Positions 27,508 to 36,890 of a DNA stretch of 64,000 bases are shown here, in pieces. This DNA comes from Ostreococcus lucimarinus (taxonomy: Eukaryota). The DNA is taken from the NCBI GenBank assembly GCA_000092065.1, contig CP000582.1; one strand, given 5' to 3'. Numbering within the stretch: the first letter of the stretch is position 1; every line of letters begins with the position of its first letter. Under the pieces are notes generated by a model. The model had not been told where the DNA came from and searched no databases. It saw nothing but the letters and a program-made list of their open reading frames with translations. A program made the translations under genes and the position numbers.

Positions 27508-30500
27508 CTATGCGACGTCGCTCGTGTCGGATGGCGCGACGTCGACTTGGACGTCGACGCCTTCGTCGGGCGCTTCGATGACGGGCGCTTCGATGACGGG
27601 CGCTTGGACGTCGACGTCGACGACGTCGACGGCTTCGACGAGGCTCGTATCGATTTCTTGACGGTTGCCGCCGCCGAAAAGACCACCAAAGAAGCCTGGT
27701 TTCTTCGTACGCTTTTTCGCTTGCTTTTGTGCGCGCTTTTCGAGTGTTTTTGACTTCTTTTCTGCCAAAATCTTGAGATTGTCGTGCGCGGCTTGCGCGC
27801 ACTCCTGACAGCGAACGCTGAAGCCACTTTCGGCGATGCTCTGAGACGCGCGGACGCACCAGTCAACGAAATCGGTCACTTCGCTCTGTAAATGTTGTTC
27901 AAGTGACGTGTCTTCTTCGTCCGATCGAATAGACTTGATTATACGCTCCGTCATCGTCTCGAGAACCTGCATGAACTTGACGTCGCCAAAGTTTTTAAAT
28001 AGGGGCTTCCATTCCACGGCGCGCAGCACCACGCAGTTTTGTAAGTAGGTGTCATGATTTTTCAGAGCATCGATGGTTTCGTCGAGCAAAAGCCTGTTCG
28101 CTTCGACATTATCACCAACGAGAGACTCGCTTTCTGGATGTCTGAAGAGCTCGATGCATGCGTCCCGCCAAGTTTCGTGCTTGACGATGATGTCGTCGAA
28201 GGCGTTCAAGACGACGAGCACCCTGCCGACGTCGTCAACAGAAACTACCTGCGCGAGTTGAATAGTGAAGGTATCGGCCTGGGTGCAGAGAATTGATGCG
28301 TTCAGTTCATCCGTGCCGAAGTGTTCGGGAAGCGTTCTTTGCTCATCTTCGAGAGCCACTGCCTCTTGACCTAAAGAGATGAGTTCCGTTACTCGCTCAC
28401 CGCGAGCGTACTCCAACATATCGTCATCCAACTGCTTAGCAGCGCGATCGAATGCATGAATTCGCAGCAGTAAGTGTAAAGCGCCGGCGGTTGACTCGTT
28501 TGCATTCGTCCGGCGTACAAACTCTACCTCGGCGGCTTCAATCAAAGTCGTCAGTAAGTTGGCGGCGCTTTCAATTTGTTGTTCAACGTCGCGGTCCGCC
28601 GGCACAGGTTGAATGGTACACACGTTGACGATGTGCGCCACCTCATTCGCGATTTCCAGAAGTGCACGAATTTGTGCGGGATCTTCGTCACCCTTGTCCT
28701 TCATGTGTTGAACTCTCCGTAGCATGGCCTCACGTGTAGCCTCGAGCCGCGCGCGAACTTTGCGTTTGGATACGGCGACTTGAGCTCTCAACGCGTAGAT
28801 GCTAACGATCTTTCCAGCCTTCGCGAGATCGATAAATTCTCGATGGACAGAATTTGCGCTCTCCTCAGGTTCTTTCTCAAAATTCAGCTTTTTCGTGACC
28901 TTCTTGCTCACTGAAAGCCTTTCTGATACAATCATACCAACGCGCACCATCAACAGAGCGCATATGATGCCCATCAGAAATGCTGTGGACAGGCCCGTCA
29001 ACGAGCTGTCTGTCGCGAATATCATACCGAGGAGGGGAATGAGACCTTGCAAAAAACCAGCGGTCGACTCAGTCTTATTGAGCGCATTGTGGATTTTCTT
29101 TTGAGCAAAACCGAGGGTGATAATACGCCATGGCTGGCAAATCAAAACGAACAAAGCGGATATCCAGTGCACCGCCACGAGGCCGTAAATACTGATGCCC
29201 TCGGCGATGTTTGGAGAACCCGCGAGAATCACTCCAAGCTTTTGAATCATTTCAATTGCGAGGTAATTCAATGCCAGACGATCGAGCCAAGCCATTTTCG
29301 AGGCGCGCTCTCGAGCTTTCTGGGTCAACGTTCTTTTCAATGGTTTCTTTTTCATCGAAAGTTCCGGAAGGCGTTCGCGACGACTCTTCTGATTCTTTAG
29401 ACTCTTCGCTTTCTCGAGGATTCGACCGAAGAAGGATGGTTTTTCCGTCGCTTGACCGCTTTGTTCCTCGAATAACTCATCGTCGACTATGGCGGCGAGC
29501 TCTTCGGTTTCCGAGTCGAGCTTGAAAGTCGACGTTCGTTCAAATGTGGGCTTACGAAGACTGACACTTTGGGACAAAGATTTATCAATTTCGACTCTCG
29601 CCAAAGTTGAAGTTCGTTGAAGCGTCGGTTTTCGCTCAGCCCCGCTTGGGGTAGGCGAGTGTGAATCGCCGTCTTGCGCAAGAGTCGTAGACCGCGATAG
29701 CACTGGTGTGCGTATAGTCGCTTGTCGCGAGACGTTCCTCACAATCTCCGAGATTTCCAACTTATCAGATTCCGTCAACTCAGTGCGTCTGTAGATATCG
29801 TATAGGGCACCCCAGCTATCGAGGGTTCGCGCATCGTCCAATTTACCATCGATTCGAATACGACGAACTTTGTTGATAACGAAAAGTGGTAGCCCCACAC
29901 CGATGGCGAGTATGATCCCGCATGCCGCAGATGTCGCGAGAATATGCTCTGGTGAATCGCAATCGACGTCAACGTCGTAGACCAACACTCTGGCTTCGCT
30001 CGAGCCGTACTTTATGCAATCAAACGCCTGGAGACACAGGCGGACAATCGGTAAATACAGAATTGTCAAACAGAGCGAGCCAAATACTCGAAGCGTCGCC
30101 CTTAGCTTGTATTGCCGCTGCAATTCTTTCACCACTCGATCACCGCTCTCAGACGCGTATGTTCGACGCTCCTTCGAGCTAAAGATGCCAGGCCGAGCGA
30201 TCCAGAACATCGTCTTTTCTCCGTCGTGAGCGCTGCGAATTGCCAAAACAGTGTGTTCGTAACAGTATGCAGCGTAGCGATCGCGAAGATAAAACACCAC
30301 AGCTAAGCCGCATGGAATTATGAGCGCACCCGACCAAAAGAGAGTGGGCCATTTGATGTTCGCACCTGCGCACTCCGGAGCCAAAAACTCGATGTTGAAG
30401 TTGAAAGCCTTCAGCCAATCCGCAAAGTTCAGAACCGGGAGAGGCCATTTAATTTCCACACTAAAGGAGATGGAAAAGAATTGCAAAGTCTCAACCACTT

Positions 30501-33500
30501 TTTTGATCATGTTGGTAGAAACGGCACCCAAAGCTTCCGCAGCTTTGAAGCCCACGAGGCCTGCGACAACGACGAAGAAGGCGGCGACGCCGGCGCTCGC
30601 CGCCGAGTTTTCTGGGCATTCTAAACATTGCGTGCCGCTCTTGTAATAGCCTTCGAGACAAGCTCGGCAAAGCAGACCCGTTGATCCTTCACGGCAGCCA
30701 GCATTTCCTTCAACGCAGCGTATGGGAAAAGGACATTCTCCCTGTGGCACACAAAAATCATCGATAGAAGCGTATACACCCTCGTTGTTTGTGCAGTCTT
30801 GGATGTAAGCGTTCGGAGGACCGTCGGTGTTGGGCAGTTCGTCGAATCGCTTGAACATCAAGGGCCAATGCTCAACATCGGCGAACATTCCAGTGGAATT
30901 CTCATAAGAAACTGTAGAATTCCAAACGGTGATGTCGCTCTTGAAGGGTGTCACTTGCGCAAACATGTTGCGCATGTCTGTCACCTGCCTGACGTTCCAG
31001 CTGTTGATGGATAAATCCATTAGAGACGCTCCTTGAAACATTGAATTCATATCAACCACGGAAGACGTGTCCCAAGCCAGCGAAGAGACATTGTTATTGT
31101 TAAAATTCGTTGCGAGATTAAACATTCGCGCCATGCTCGTAACTGAACCTGTATTCCAATTACCGACGCCACCGTTGAATAAGGATGCTCCGAGAAACAT
31201 TTCTTCCATATCCTTGACGGCTAGAGTGTTCCAAGCACCCCAAAAGCGATCACCACTATCGATAATCGGGTTCAAAGCGGATGCAGAGGCGAACATTCTT
31301 TTCATTGACGTCACGGCTGCTGTGTTCCATCTGCCGACACCACTGTTCGCAGTGCCGGCGCCGTTGAACGCGACTGCGCCCTCAAACATGGACGCCATCG
31401 AGATCACTGAAGAAGTATCCCAATTATTGATGTCCTGGTCGAATGTAGTGGCACGGTATAGCATGTACTGCATATCGACGACATTACTTGTGTCCCACGA
31501 GTAGAGTGGTTGATTGAAAGCCGCATTATCAGCCATCATGTAGGACATGTTCACCACCGAGGACGTGTCCCAAGCACCGATGGCGCTGTTGAACAGAGCC
31601 GCCCCCTGTAACATGTTTGCCATGGTCGTGACAGAGCTTGTGTTCCAAACACCGATATCGCCGGCAAACGCGGTAGCGTTTGCGAAAACCTCCGACATAT
31701 CCTGCACCGTATTCGTGTTCCAACTCGTCAGATCACTGGTAAACGTCGTCGCACCTCGAAACATGCCTCGCATCCTCTGCAAATTCGTCGTACTCCACGA
31801 TGCAAGGACGGAGTTGAACGTTGACGCAAACGCAAACATATCAGTCATATCAACGACATTAGATGTGTCCCAGTCATCGATCGAACTTGTGAATGCAGTG
31901 GCGTTGTAGAACATCTCCTTCATCGACGTTGCAGCGCCCGTATTCCACGAACCAATCGGTTGGCTGAAGCTCGATGCCTGCGAAAACATTGCCTCAAAGC
32001 TTCCGACCGACGCAGTATTCCAGGACGATATGGGTTGATTGAACGTGGACGCGCCGCTGAACATTCCAGCCATGTTCGTGACCGCGCGCGTATTCCACGT
32101 CGATAGAGCACCGTTGAACAGATTTGCACTCGCAAACATGTTCTGCATATTCTTCACGTTGACCACGTCGAAGCCGCTCAAGTCACTCGGTGCGAACGCC
32201 TTCGCCGACGAAAACATAGAACTCATGTCCGTCACCGAACTCGTCACCCAACCGCCAGCCGAACCGAGTCCCGGACGGTTGAAATCAAACGCGCTCTCGA
32301 ACATAGAGCTCATATCTAGCACAGACGCCGTGTTCCAGCCCGAGATGTCCTCGTTAAACTTGAGCGCCAATTTGAAAGTGCCGGCCATATCGACGACGTT
32401 CCTCGTGTTCCAAGCACCAATACCGGCGCCTGGGAAGTCGGATGCCATCTCAAACATGCTCGAAATATTTCCCACATTCACCATGTTCCAAGTGCCGACG
32501 TTCTGTGTAAAAAAGTTGGCTTTATAAAACATTTGACTCATGTCCGTCACCAACGCCGTACTCCAGCTTCCGATCGCCTTGTTGAATCGGCTGGCGCCGG
32601 CGAACATTCCAACCATTTTCGTCACCGCAGCCGTATTCCACGCCGAGATGTCCGCATTGAACGATTGCGCATCCTTGAACAATTCCGACATATCGGTGAT
32701 GAGCGCGGTGTTCCACTGCGTAATATCGTCGTACACGGCAGGACCACAGTCCACCGGCGCACTGTCGCAATTGCACGCCCCGGAAGAGGAAGCGGCCAAG
32801 CAACTGCTCACGGCGGCTTTCAGCTGACTCAAGGACGTGAACGGACCTGGGCTAACCCAAACAGAAGGCGGACCGTCGCGCGATGCGGAGAAATCAGGCT
32901 GGCGGTACATCGTCAACCAAGCCGTGGCGGAACTGAACATGTTTGTCACGCCGGCGCCGGCGGGGACGGACCAGTTACGAATGCCGTCTTGCAAGAAAGC
33001 CGTCGCCCCTTGAAACATGCGCGTCATCGAAACCGCAGACGTCACGACCCACGAAGAAATATCTTGATTGAATGAAGGGTTACCCTCAAACATGTATTCA
33101 AAATCTTCAACTTTGGACACGTCCCACCCGCCAATCGATCCGTTGAAGGAAGTGCCCTGAAACATGTACGCCGTGCTGCGAACCTCACCAGTGTTCCAGA
33201 TGGTCAGGTTCAGTAAAGGCGCGTTGGTGCCCTGAAACATCGCATGCATGCCCGTGACTTTACTCGTGTCCCACGTGTTGAGGGGCTGATTGAAAGAGGT
33301 CGCGCTTTCAAACATGTACTCCATGTCCGTCACTTCCCCGGTGTCCCACTTGGTGATGTCCTGATTGAAACTCGTCGCCTGTTTAAACATCGAATTCATG
33401 TTCGTCACTCTCGCCGTGTTCCACGATTGTATATTTTGATTGAAGGCGGTCGCGCCTTGTAACATATTTCTCATGTTCGTGACCTTCTCCGTATTCCATG

Positions 33501-34755
33501 CCGTGATATCCGAATTGAAACTCCGCGCGCCATAAAAGGCTGATTCAAGGTTCGTCACTCGCCGCGTGTTCCATGCTCCGATGTTCTGATTGAACGCGGT
33601 AGCTTCTTCAAAAATAGCCTGCATGTCGAGCACGCTTTCCGTGTTCCAGCTTCCGATGTTCTGATTGAACGCAGACGCTCTATAAAACATGTACCTCATT
33701 TTCTGCACGTTGTTCGTGTTCCAAGAAGAGATGTCCTGATTGAACGCCGCGGCTTCTTGAAACATAAAGTTCATCCTCGTCACAAGAGCCGTATTCCACG
33801 CCGAGATGTCCGCGTTAAACGATGTCTTACCTCGAAAAACCTCCGATAAGTCCGTAAGTTGTTCAACGCGCCATAGACGTATCGGCGCGCCCTCGCCGCT
33901 TCCGCAGTCTACGCTCTGCAATTTGCAGTTGCACGCCCCAGAAGGCGAAGCGGCGAGACAGTTGTCCACCGCGGTTTTCAAGGCCGTTTTACTCGTAAAC
34001 GGCGACGGTCCCGTCCAGGCAGAGGCTGGTCCGGCCTTCAACGTCGTCCAATCGTTTCTGCGATACTTCTCAAGCCACTTGGTCGCGCCCTCGAACATAT
34101 CGTTGACATTATTGGTCCCACCGTGCGGCCAACCTGTGATATCTTGATCAAAATTCACGGCGTTTTTGAACATATCAGTGAACCAATTGATCGCGTTTGT
34201 GTTCCAACTAGAGATATCTTCATTGAACGACCTGGCGTTGTCAAACATACCCTCGCAATCAGTGACTTTGGTGACGTTCCAAGCGCCGATGCCCGCGCCG
34301 GTGAACGAACTCGCGCCTCTGAACATGTCCCACATTGTCACTTGCACATTTGACGCTGTGTTTATGGTCCATCCGCCCAGGTTGGCGTTGAATTGGTTTG
34401 TTCTGTACGGAATATTACCGAAACTTTGATCAGTGGCGTATTCAGAATCCGCGAAGACACCCTTGAAACTGACGACGTTCGACACGTCCCACGAGCTTAT
34501 AGGGGGAATGGCATAAGTAACGCCACCTATAGTCACTGTTCCACACGAAGCGCCGGTCGCATCGTGGGCTAAGCAGTGCTTTATCGTCGAGCACATATTG
34601 CATCCCGAGCTTGAATCCCGATTATGTTGCCCTGTGAACGCGCCCGTCGTACAGATGGTGGCGTTGTTGGGCGCGCACAGGACCTGCGCGTCGACGCCGA
34701 TCCATCGCGACCCGATCGCGACGACGACCATCGCCTCCACCATCATCCGCGCCAT
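27508..34755 (-). CDS. Giant multi-pass membrane protein: signal peptide, about 45 tandem DUF285 (Mycoplasma/BspA-type LRR) repeats in two super-repeats, Cys-rich module, multi-TM region, long charged cytoplasmic tail
   Basis: The track ORF 27508..35229 starts with a GTG in Arg-rich sequence. ATG 34755 is followed by a signal-peptide-like MARMMVEAMVVVAIGSRWIGVDAQ. The repeat consensus is roughly W(N/D)TSxVTxMxxMFxxAxxFNQxIxxW. Two spacer modules (W-L/T-x-YR...GPxSxW..PFTS..LKxAVxxCLAASxSGACNC...VDCG) separate the repeat blocks. A Cys-rich segment CxxxC...CxxCxxGYY precedes the first TM (AAFFVVVAGLVGF), and further hydrophobic helices follow. Confidence 0.8.
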   Translation of the reverse strand: MARMMVEAMVVVAIGSRWIGVDAQVLCAPNNATICTTGAFTGQHNRDSSSGCNMCSTIKHCLAHDATGASCGTVTIGGVTYAIPPISSWDVSNVVSFKGVFADSEYATDQSFGNIPYRTNQFNANLGGWTINTASNVQVTMWDMFRGASSFTGAGIGAWNVTKVTDCEGMFDNARSFNEDISSWNTNAINWFTDMFKNAVNFDQDITGWPHGGTNNVNDMFEGATKWLEKYRRNDWTTLKAGPASAWTGPSPFTSKTALKTAVDNCLAASPSGACNCKLQSVDCGSGEGAPIRLWRVEQLTDLSEVFRGKTSFNADISAWNTALVTRMNFMFQEAAAFNQDISSWNTNNVQKMRYMFYRASAFNQNIGSWNTESVLDMQAIFEEATAFNQNIGAWNTRRVTNLESAFYGARSFNSDITAWNTEKVTNMRNMLQGATAFNQNIQSWNTARVTNMNSMFKQATSFNQDITKWDTGEVTDMEYMFESATSFNQPLNTWDTSKVTGMHAMFQGTNAPLLNLTIWNTGEVRSTAYMFQGTSFNGSIGGWDVSKVEDFEYMFEGNPSFNQDISSWVVTSAVSMTRMFQGATAFLQDGIRNWSVPAGAGVTNMFSSATAWLTMYRQPDFSASRDGPPSVWVSPGPFTSLSQLKAAVSSCLAASSSGACNCDSAPVDCGPAVYDDITQWNTALITDMSELFKDAQSFNADISAWNTAAVTKMVGMFAGASRFNKAIGSWSTALVTDMSQMFYKANFFTQNVGTWNMVNVGNISSMFEMASDFPGAGIGAWNTRNVVDMAGTFKLALKFNEDISGWNTASVLDMSSMFESAFDFNRPGLGSAGGWVTSSVTDMSSMFSSAKAFAPSDLSGFDVVNVKNMQNMFASANLFNGALSTWNTRAVTNMAGMFSGASTFNQPISSWNTASVGSFEAMFSQASSFSQPIGSWNTGAATSMKEMFYNATAFTSSIDDWDTSNVVDMTDMFAFASTFNSVLASWSTTNLQRMRGMFRGATTFTSDLTSWNTNTVQDMSEVFANATAFAGDIGVWNTSSVTTMANMLQGAALFNSAIGAWDTSSVVNMSYMMADNAAFNQPLYSWDTSNVVDMQYMLYRATTFDQDINNWDTSSVISMASMFEGAVAFNGAGTANSGVGRWNTAAVTSMKRMFASASALNPIIDSGDRFWGAWNTLAVKDMEEMFLGASLFNGGVGNWNTGSVTSMARMFNLATNFNNNNVSSLAWDTSSVVDMNSMFQGASLMDLSINSWNVRQVTDMRNMFAQVTPFKSDITVWNSTVSYENSTGMFADVEHWPLMFKRFDELPNTDGPPNAYIQDCTNNEGVYASIDDFCVPQGECPFPIRCVEGNAGCREGSTGLLCRACLEGYYKSGTQCLECPENSAASAGVAAFFVVVAGLVGFKAAEALGAVSTNMIKKVVETLQFFSISFSVEIKWPLPVLNFADWLKAFNFNIEFLAPECAGANIKWPTLFWSGALIIPCGLAVVFYLRDRYAAYCYEHTVLAIRSAHDGEKTMFWIARPGIFSSKERRTYASESGDRVVKELQRQYKLRATLRVFGSLCLTILYLPIVRLCLQAFDCIKYGSSEARVLVYDVDVDCDSPEHILATSAACGIILAIGVGLPLFVINKVRRIRIDGKLDDARTLDSWGALYDIYRRTELTESDKLEISEIVRNVSRQATIRTPVLSRSTTLAQDGDSHSPTPSGAERKPTLQRTSTLARVEIDKSLSQSVSLRKPTFERTSTFKLDSETEELAAIVDDELFEEQSGQATEKPSFFGRILEKAKSLKNQKSRRERLPELSMKKKPLKRTLTQKARERASKMAWLDRLALNYLAIEMIQKLGVILAGSPNIAEGISIYGLVAVHWISALFVLICQPWRIITLGFAQKKIHNALNKTESTAGFLQGLIPLLGMIFATDSSLTGLSTAFLMGIICALLMVRVGMIVSERLSVSKKVTKKLNFEKEPEESANSVHREFIDLAKAGKIVSIYALRAQVAVSKRKVRARLEATREAMLRRVQHMKDKGDEDPAQIRALLEIANEVAHIVNVCTIQPVPADRDVEQQIESAANLLTTLIEAAEVEFVRRTNANESTAGALHLLLRIHAFDRAAKQLDDDMLEYARGERVTELISLGQEAVALEDEQRTLPEHFGTDELNASILCTQADTFTIQLAQVVSVDDVGRVLVVLNAFDDIIVKHETWRDACIELFRHPESESLVGDNVEANRLLLDETIDALKNHDTYLQNCVVLRAVEWKPLFKNFGDVKFMQVLETMTERIIKSIRSDEEDTSLEQHLQSEVTDFVDWCVRASQSIAESGFSVRCQECAQAAHDNLKILAEKKSKTLEKRAQKQAKKRTKKPGFFGGLFGGGNRQEIDTSLVEAVDVVDVDVQAPVIEAPVIEAPDEGVDVQVDVAPSDTSDVA
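31240..34590 (-). repeat. Coding tandem repeat array (about 78-81 bp units, roughly 45 copies) encoding the DUF285 repeats of the giant membrane protein
   Basis: A periodic WNTxxV..M..MF..A..FNQ.I..W peptide pattern is visible across about 1100 aa of the 27508..34755 CDS. A duplicated roughly 60-aa spacer module splits the array into two super-repeats. Confidence 0.7.
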
Positions 34756-34796
34756 CGTCCGCGCGCGCGCGCGCCGTCCGATCCCGCCCCGCGCCG

Positions 34797-34798
<2 letters not shown>

Positions 34799-34831
<33 letters not shown>
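34799..34831. repeat. (GTC)11 microsatellite in the 5' region of the giant membrane protein gene
   Basis: A perfect trinucleotide run upstream of the putative ATG 34755 (minus strand). It lies within Arg-rich low-complexity sequence. Confidence 0.8.
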
Positions 34832-34833
<2 letters not shown>

Positions 34834-35400
34834 ATTCGCGCGGCCCGCGGCGACGTTCGAGTTCGACCCCGCGTCCGCGCGCCTCGCCGCGCCTCGCCGC
34901 GATCGCGCGTCGCGCGTCGCGCGCGCCTCGCCGCGCGCGCCTCGCCGCGTCCGCGTCCGCGTCCGCATCGTCGTCGGCGTCGCGCGCGCGCGTTTGACGC
35001 GCGCGGTCGTTCGTCCCCGTCGCCGACGAACGGTCGATTCTCTGCCAGAGAATCTCTGGATTTGATTTTTCATGGGATCGCGTGCGCGCGGATTACGTGA
35101 TCGACCGCGGTCGCGCGGTGTAAACAGGTGTTCGGACATTCGGTCACCCCGCGGACTGTTTGCCCAGTGCGATGCGCGTCGCGCGGCGTCGCGTCGCCCC
35201 GCGCGCGGCGCGCGGCGCGCGCGCGGCACGCGTCGACGCGACGCGCGCGCGCGATCGAGCGCGCGCGCGCACCGGCGACGGACGACGCGGCGACGAGGGC
35301 GCGCGAAGGCGCGAACGCGCGCGAGACGGCGAATTCACGGGCGCGGAATTCAGTTTGAATCGATCGCGCGCGCGACGGACGACGGACGACGGACGACGGC

Positions 35401-35925
35401 ATGCCGCCGAAGACGACGGCGACGGGGAAGAAACCGGCGGGGAAGGGGACGAAGAAACCGGCGGGGGTGAAGAAGCCGGCGGCGAAGAAGAAGAAAGCGG
35501 CGACGAAGAAGAAGAAGGCGGCGACGAAGAAGAAGGCGACGGCGAAGGCGGAGGCGCCGAAGAACGATTACGAATTGCACGGACAGAAGCGGGACGCGCC
35601 GGACGAGACGGATCCGTTGAGGAAGTTTTACGCGTCGTTGAGGCGACAGAATCCGAAGAGCGTGATGGCGGAGGTGTGGTTGATGGAGCACGGGTTGCTC
35701 GAGGACGCCGAGGCGCAGGCGGACGCGTACAAGCGGTTTTTGAAGAGTAAGGGGAGAGCGGTGCCGAAGCTTGCGGTGAAAAAGACGACCACGGTGAAGA
35801 AGGAACCGAAATCGGAGGTGAAGACGGAAGCGGTGAGTGAAGAACAGGTGAAACCGACGGTGGCGTTGGACGACGAGGACTCGGACTCGGACGTGCCGCT
35901 CGCGCGACGCGCTTCGCTGAAATAA
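35401..35925 (+). CDS. Lysine-rich probable nuclear/chromatin protein (H1/HMG-like basic N-terminus), hypothetical
   Basis: ATG at 35401. The N-terminus is PKTTATGKKPAGKGTKKPAGVKKPAAKKKKAATKKKK... A short conserved-looking core follows (DPLRKFYASLRRQNPKSVMAEVWLMEHGLL), then an acidic/Ser C-terminus. Codon usage (AAG/GAG/GCG) is typical for this region. Confidence 0.4.
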   Translation: MPPKTTATGKKPAGKGTKKPAGVKKPAAKKKKAATKKKKAATKKKATAKAEAPKNDYELHGQKRDAPDETDPLRKFYASLRRQNPKSVMAEVWLMEHGLLEDAEAQADAYKRFLKSKGRAVPKLAVKKTTTVKKEPKSEVKTEAVSEEQVKPTVALDDEDSDSDVPLARRASLK

Positions 35926-36131
35926 AGACTCGAAGCGACGCCGTCGGCGATTCACCAGCGCACGACGACGCGTATTCGTATAGCCCTTAGTGCTCTTTTA
36001 ATCAATCGCGAGTTGTGGATTGATCGGTCGCGGTCGATGATCGCGGCGTCGCCGAGCTATTTCTGGATAGCGCTTTTTGTGGAAGCAGCACACCGCGGAG
36101 CCTCGAGGAGCGCTCGCGCGCGTGTCGCCCG

Positions 36132-36854
36132 ATGCCTCGCGAGGCGCGATATGACACCCTCTACCCCGTGTCCGCGCGTCAATACTACGATTTAATGCTC
36201 TCGAGCGCGTTTCAGCGCGACGTGCACGTCAATGGATTGGGCATGCGGGTCTGGGACAACGTCGACGAATACCCGCGACCGCGGCGATTACATCGTAAGG
36301 CGTACAGCGAACCGACGCTGCGATTGCCAAAATGGATGGCTCGATTCGCGCGCAAGTCGCAGGCGTACACGGAGTATTCGGAATTCGACCCGGAGACACT
36401 GTCGAGAACGACGCGCGTCGTCCCGACGTTGGGCGCGAACGTGATGGAGTTCACCGTGGAGGAGCGATACGTCGATCGCGAACCGAGTGCGAACTCAAAG
36501 ACGAAACGGGGTAAGCGGTCCACGACGGTCGAGCGTGCGGGCTGCGTGGTTATTTCAGTGGTGCGTATTCGATGCAAGGTGCGGTTGTTTCGTAACTTGT
36601 TTGAGCGATGGATTTTAGAACAAAGCGAACTCAAAGTGGCGCAGAGAGATGCGTACGTGTTGAACGCGTTGAAAGAAAACGCTTACGACGATCTGTTGGC
36701 TCGCGACGAGCTCGAGAAAGCTCAATCGCAACGTGACGCGATCGACGCGCACGCTTCGTCGCCGCTGACGTCGATTGCGCGCACCGCCACCGCATCTGCT
36801 GCTATCGTCGTGGTAAGGCTTCTCGTCGCGCGGCCCGGCCGCCGAAGCCGCTAA
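36132..36854 (+). CDS. Hypothetical protein (possible lipid-binding SRPBCC/VASt-like fold)
   Basis: ATG at 36132. It is a non-low-complexity 240-aa ORF with mixed composition (MPREARYDTLYPVSARQYYDLMLSSAFQRDVHVNGLGMRVWDNVDEYP...). I cannot assign a family with confidence. Confidence 0.4.
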   Translation: MPREARYDTLYPVSARQYYDLMLSSAFQRDVHVNGLGMRVWDNVDEYPRPRRLHRKAYSEPTLRLPKWMARFARKSQAYTEYSEFDPETLSRTTRVVPTLGANVMEFTVEERYVDREPSANSKTKRGKRSTTVERAGCVVISVVRIRCKVRLFRNLFERWILEQSELKVAQRDAYVLNALKENAYDDLLARDELEKAQSQRDAIDAHASSPLTSIARTATASAAIVVVRLLVARPGRRSR

Positions 36855-36890
36855 CTTCTATACCTATAGCGAATTAATTAATTCTAGTTT

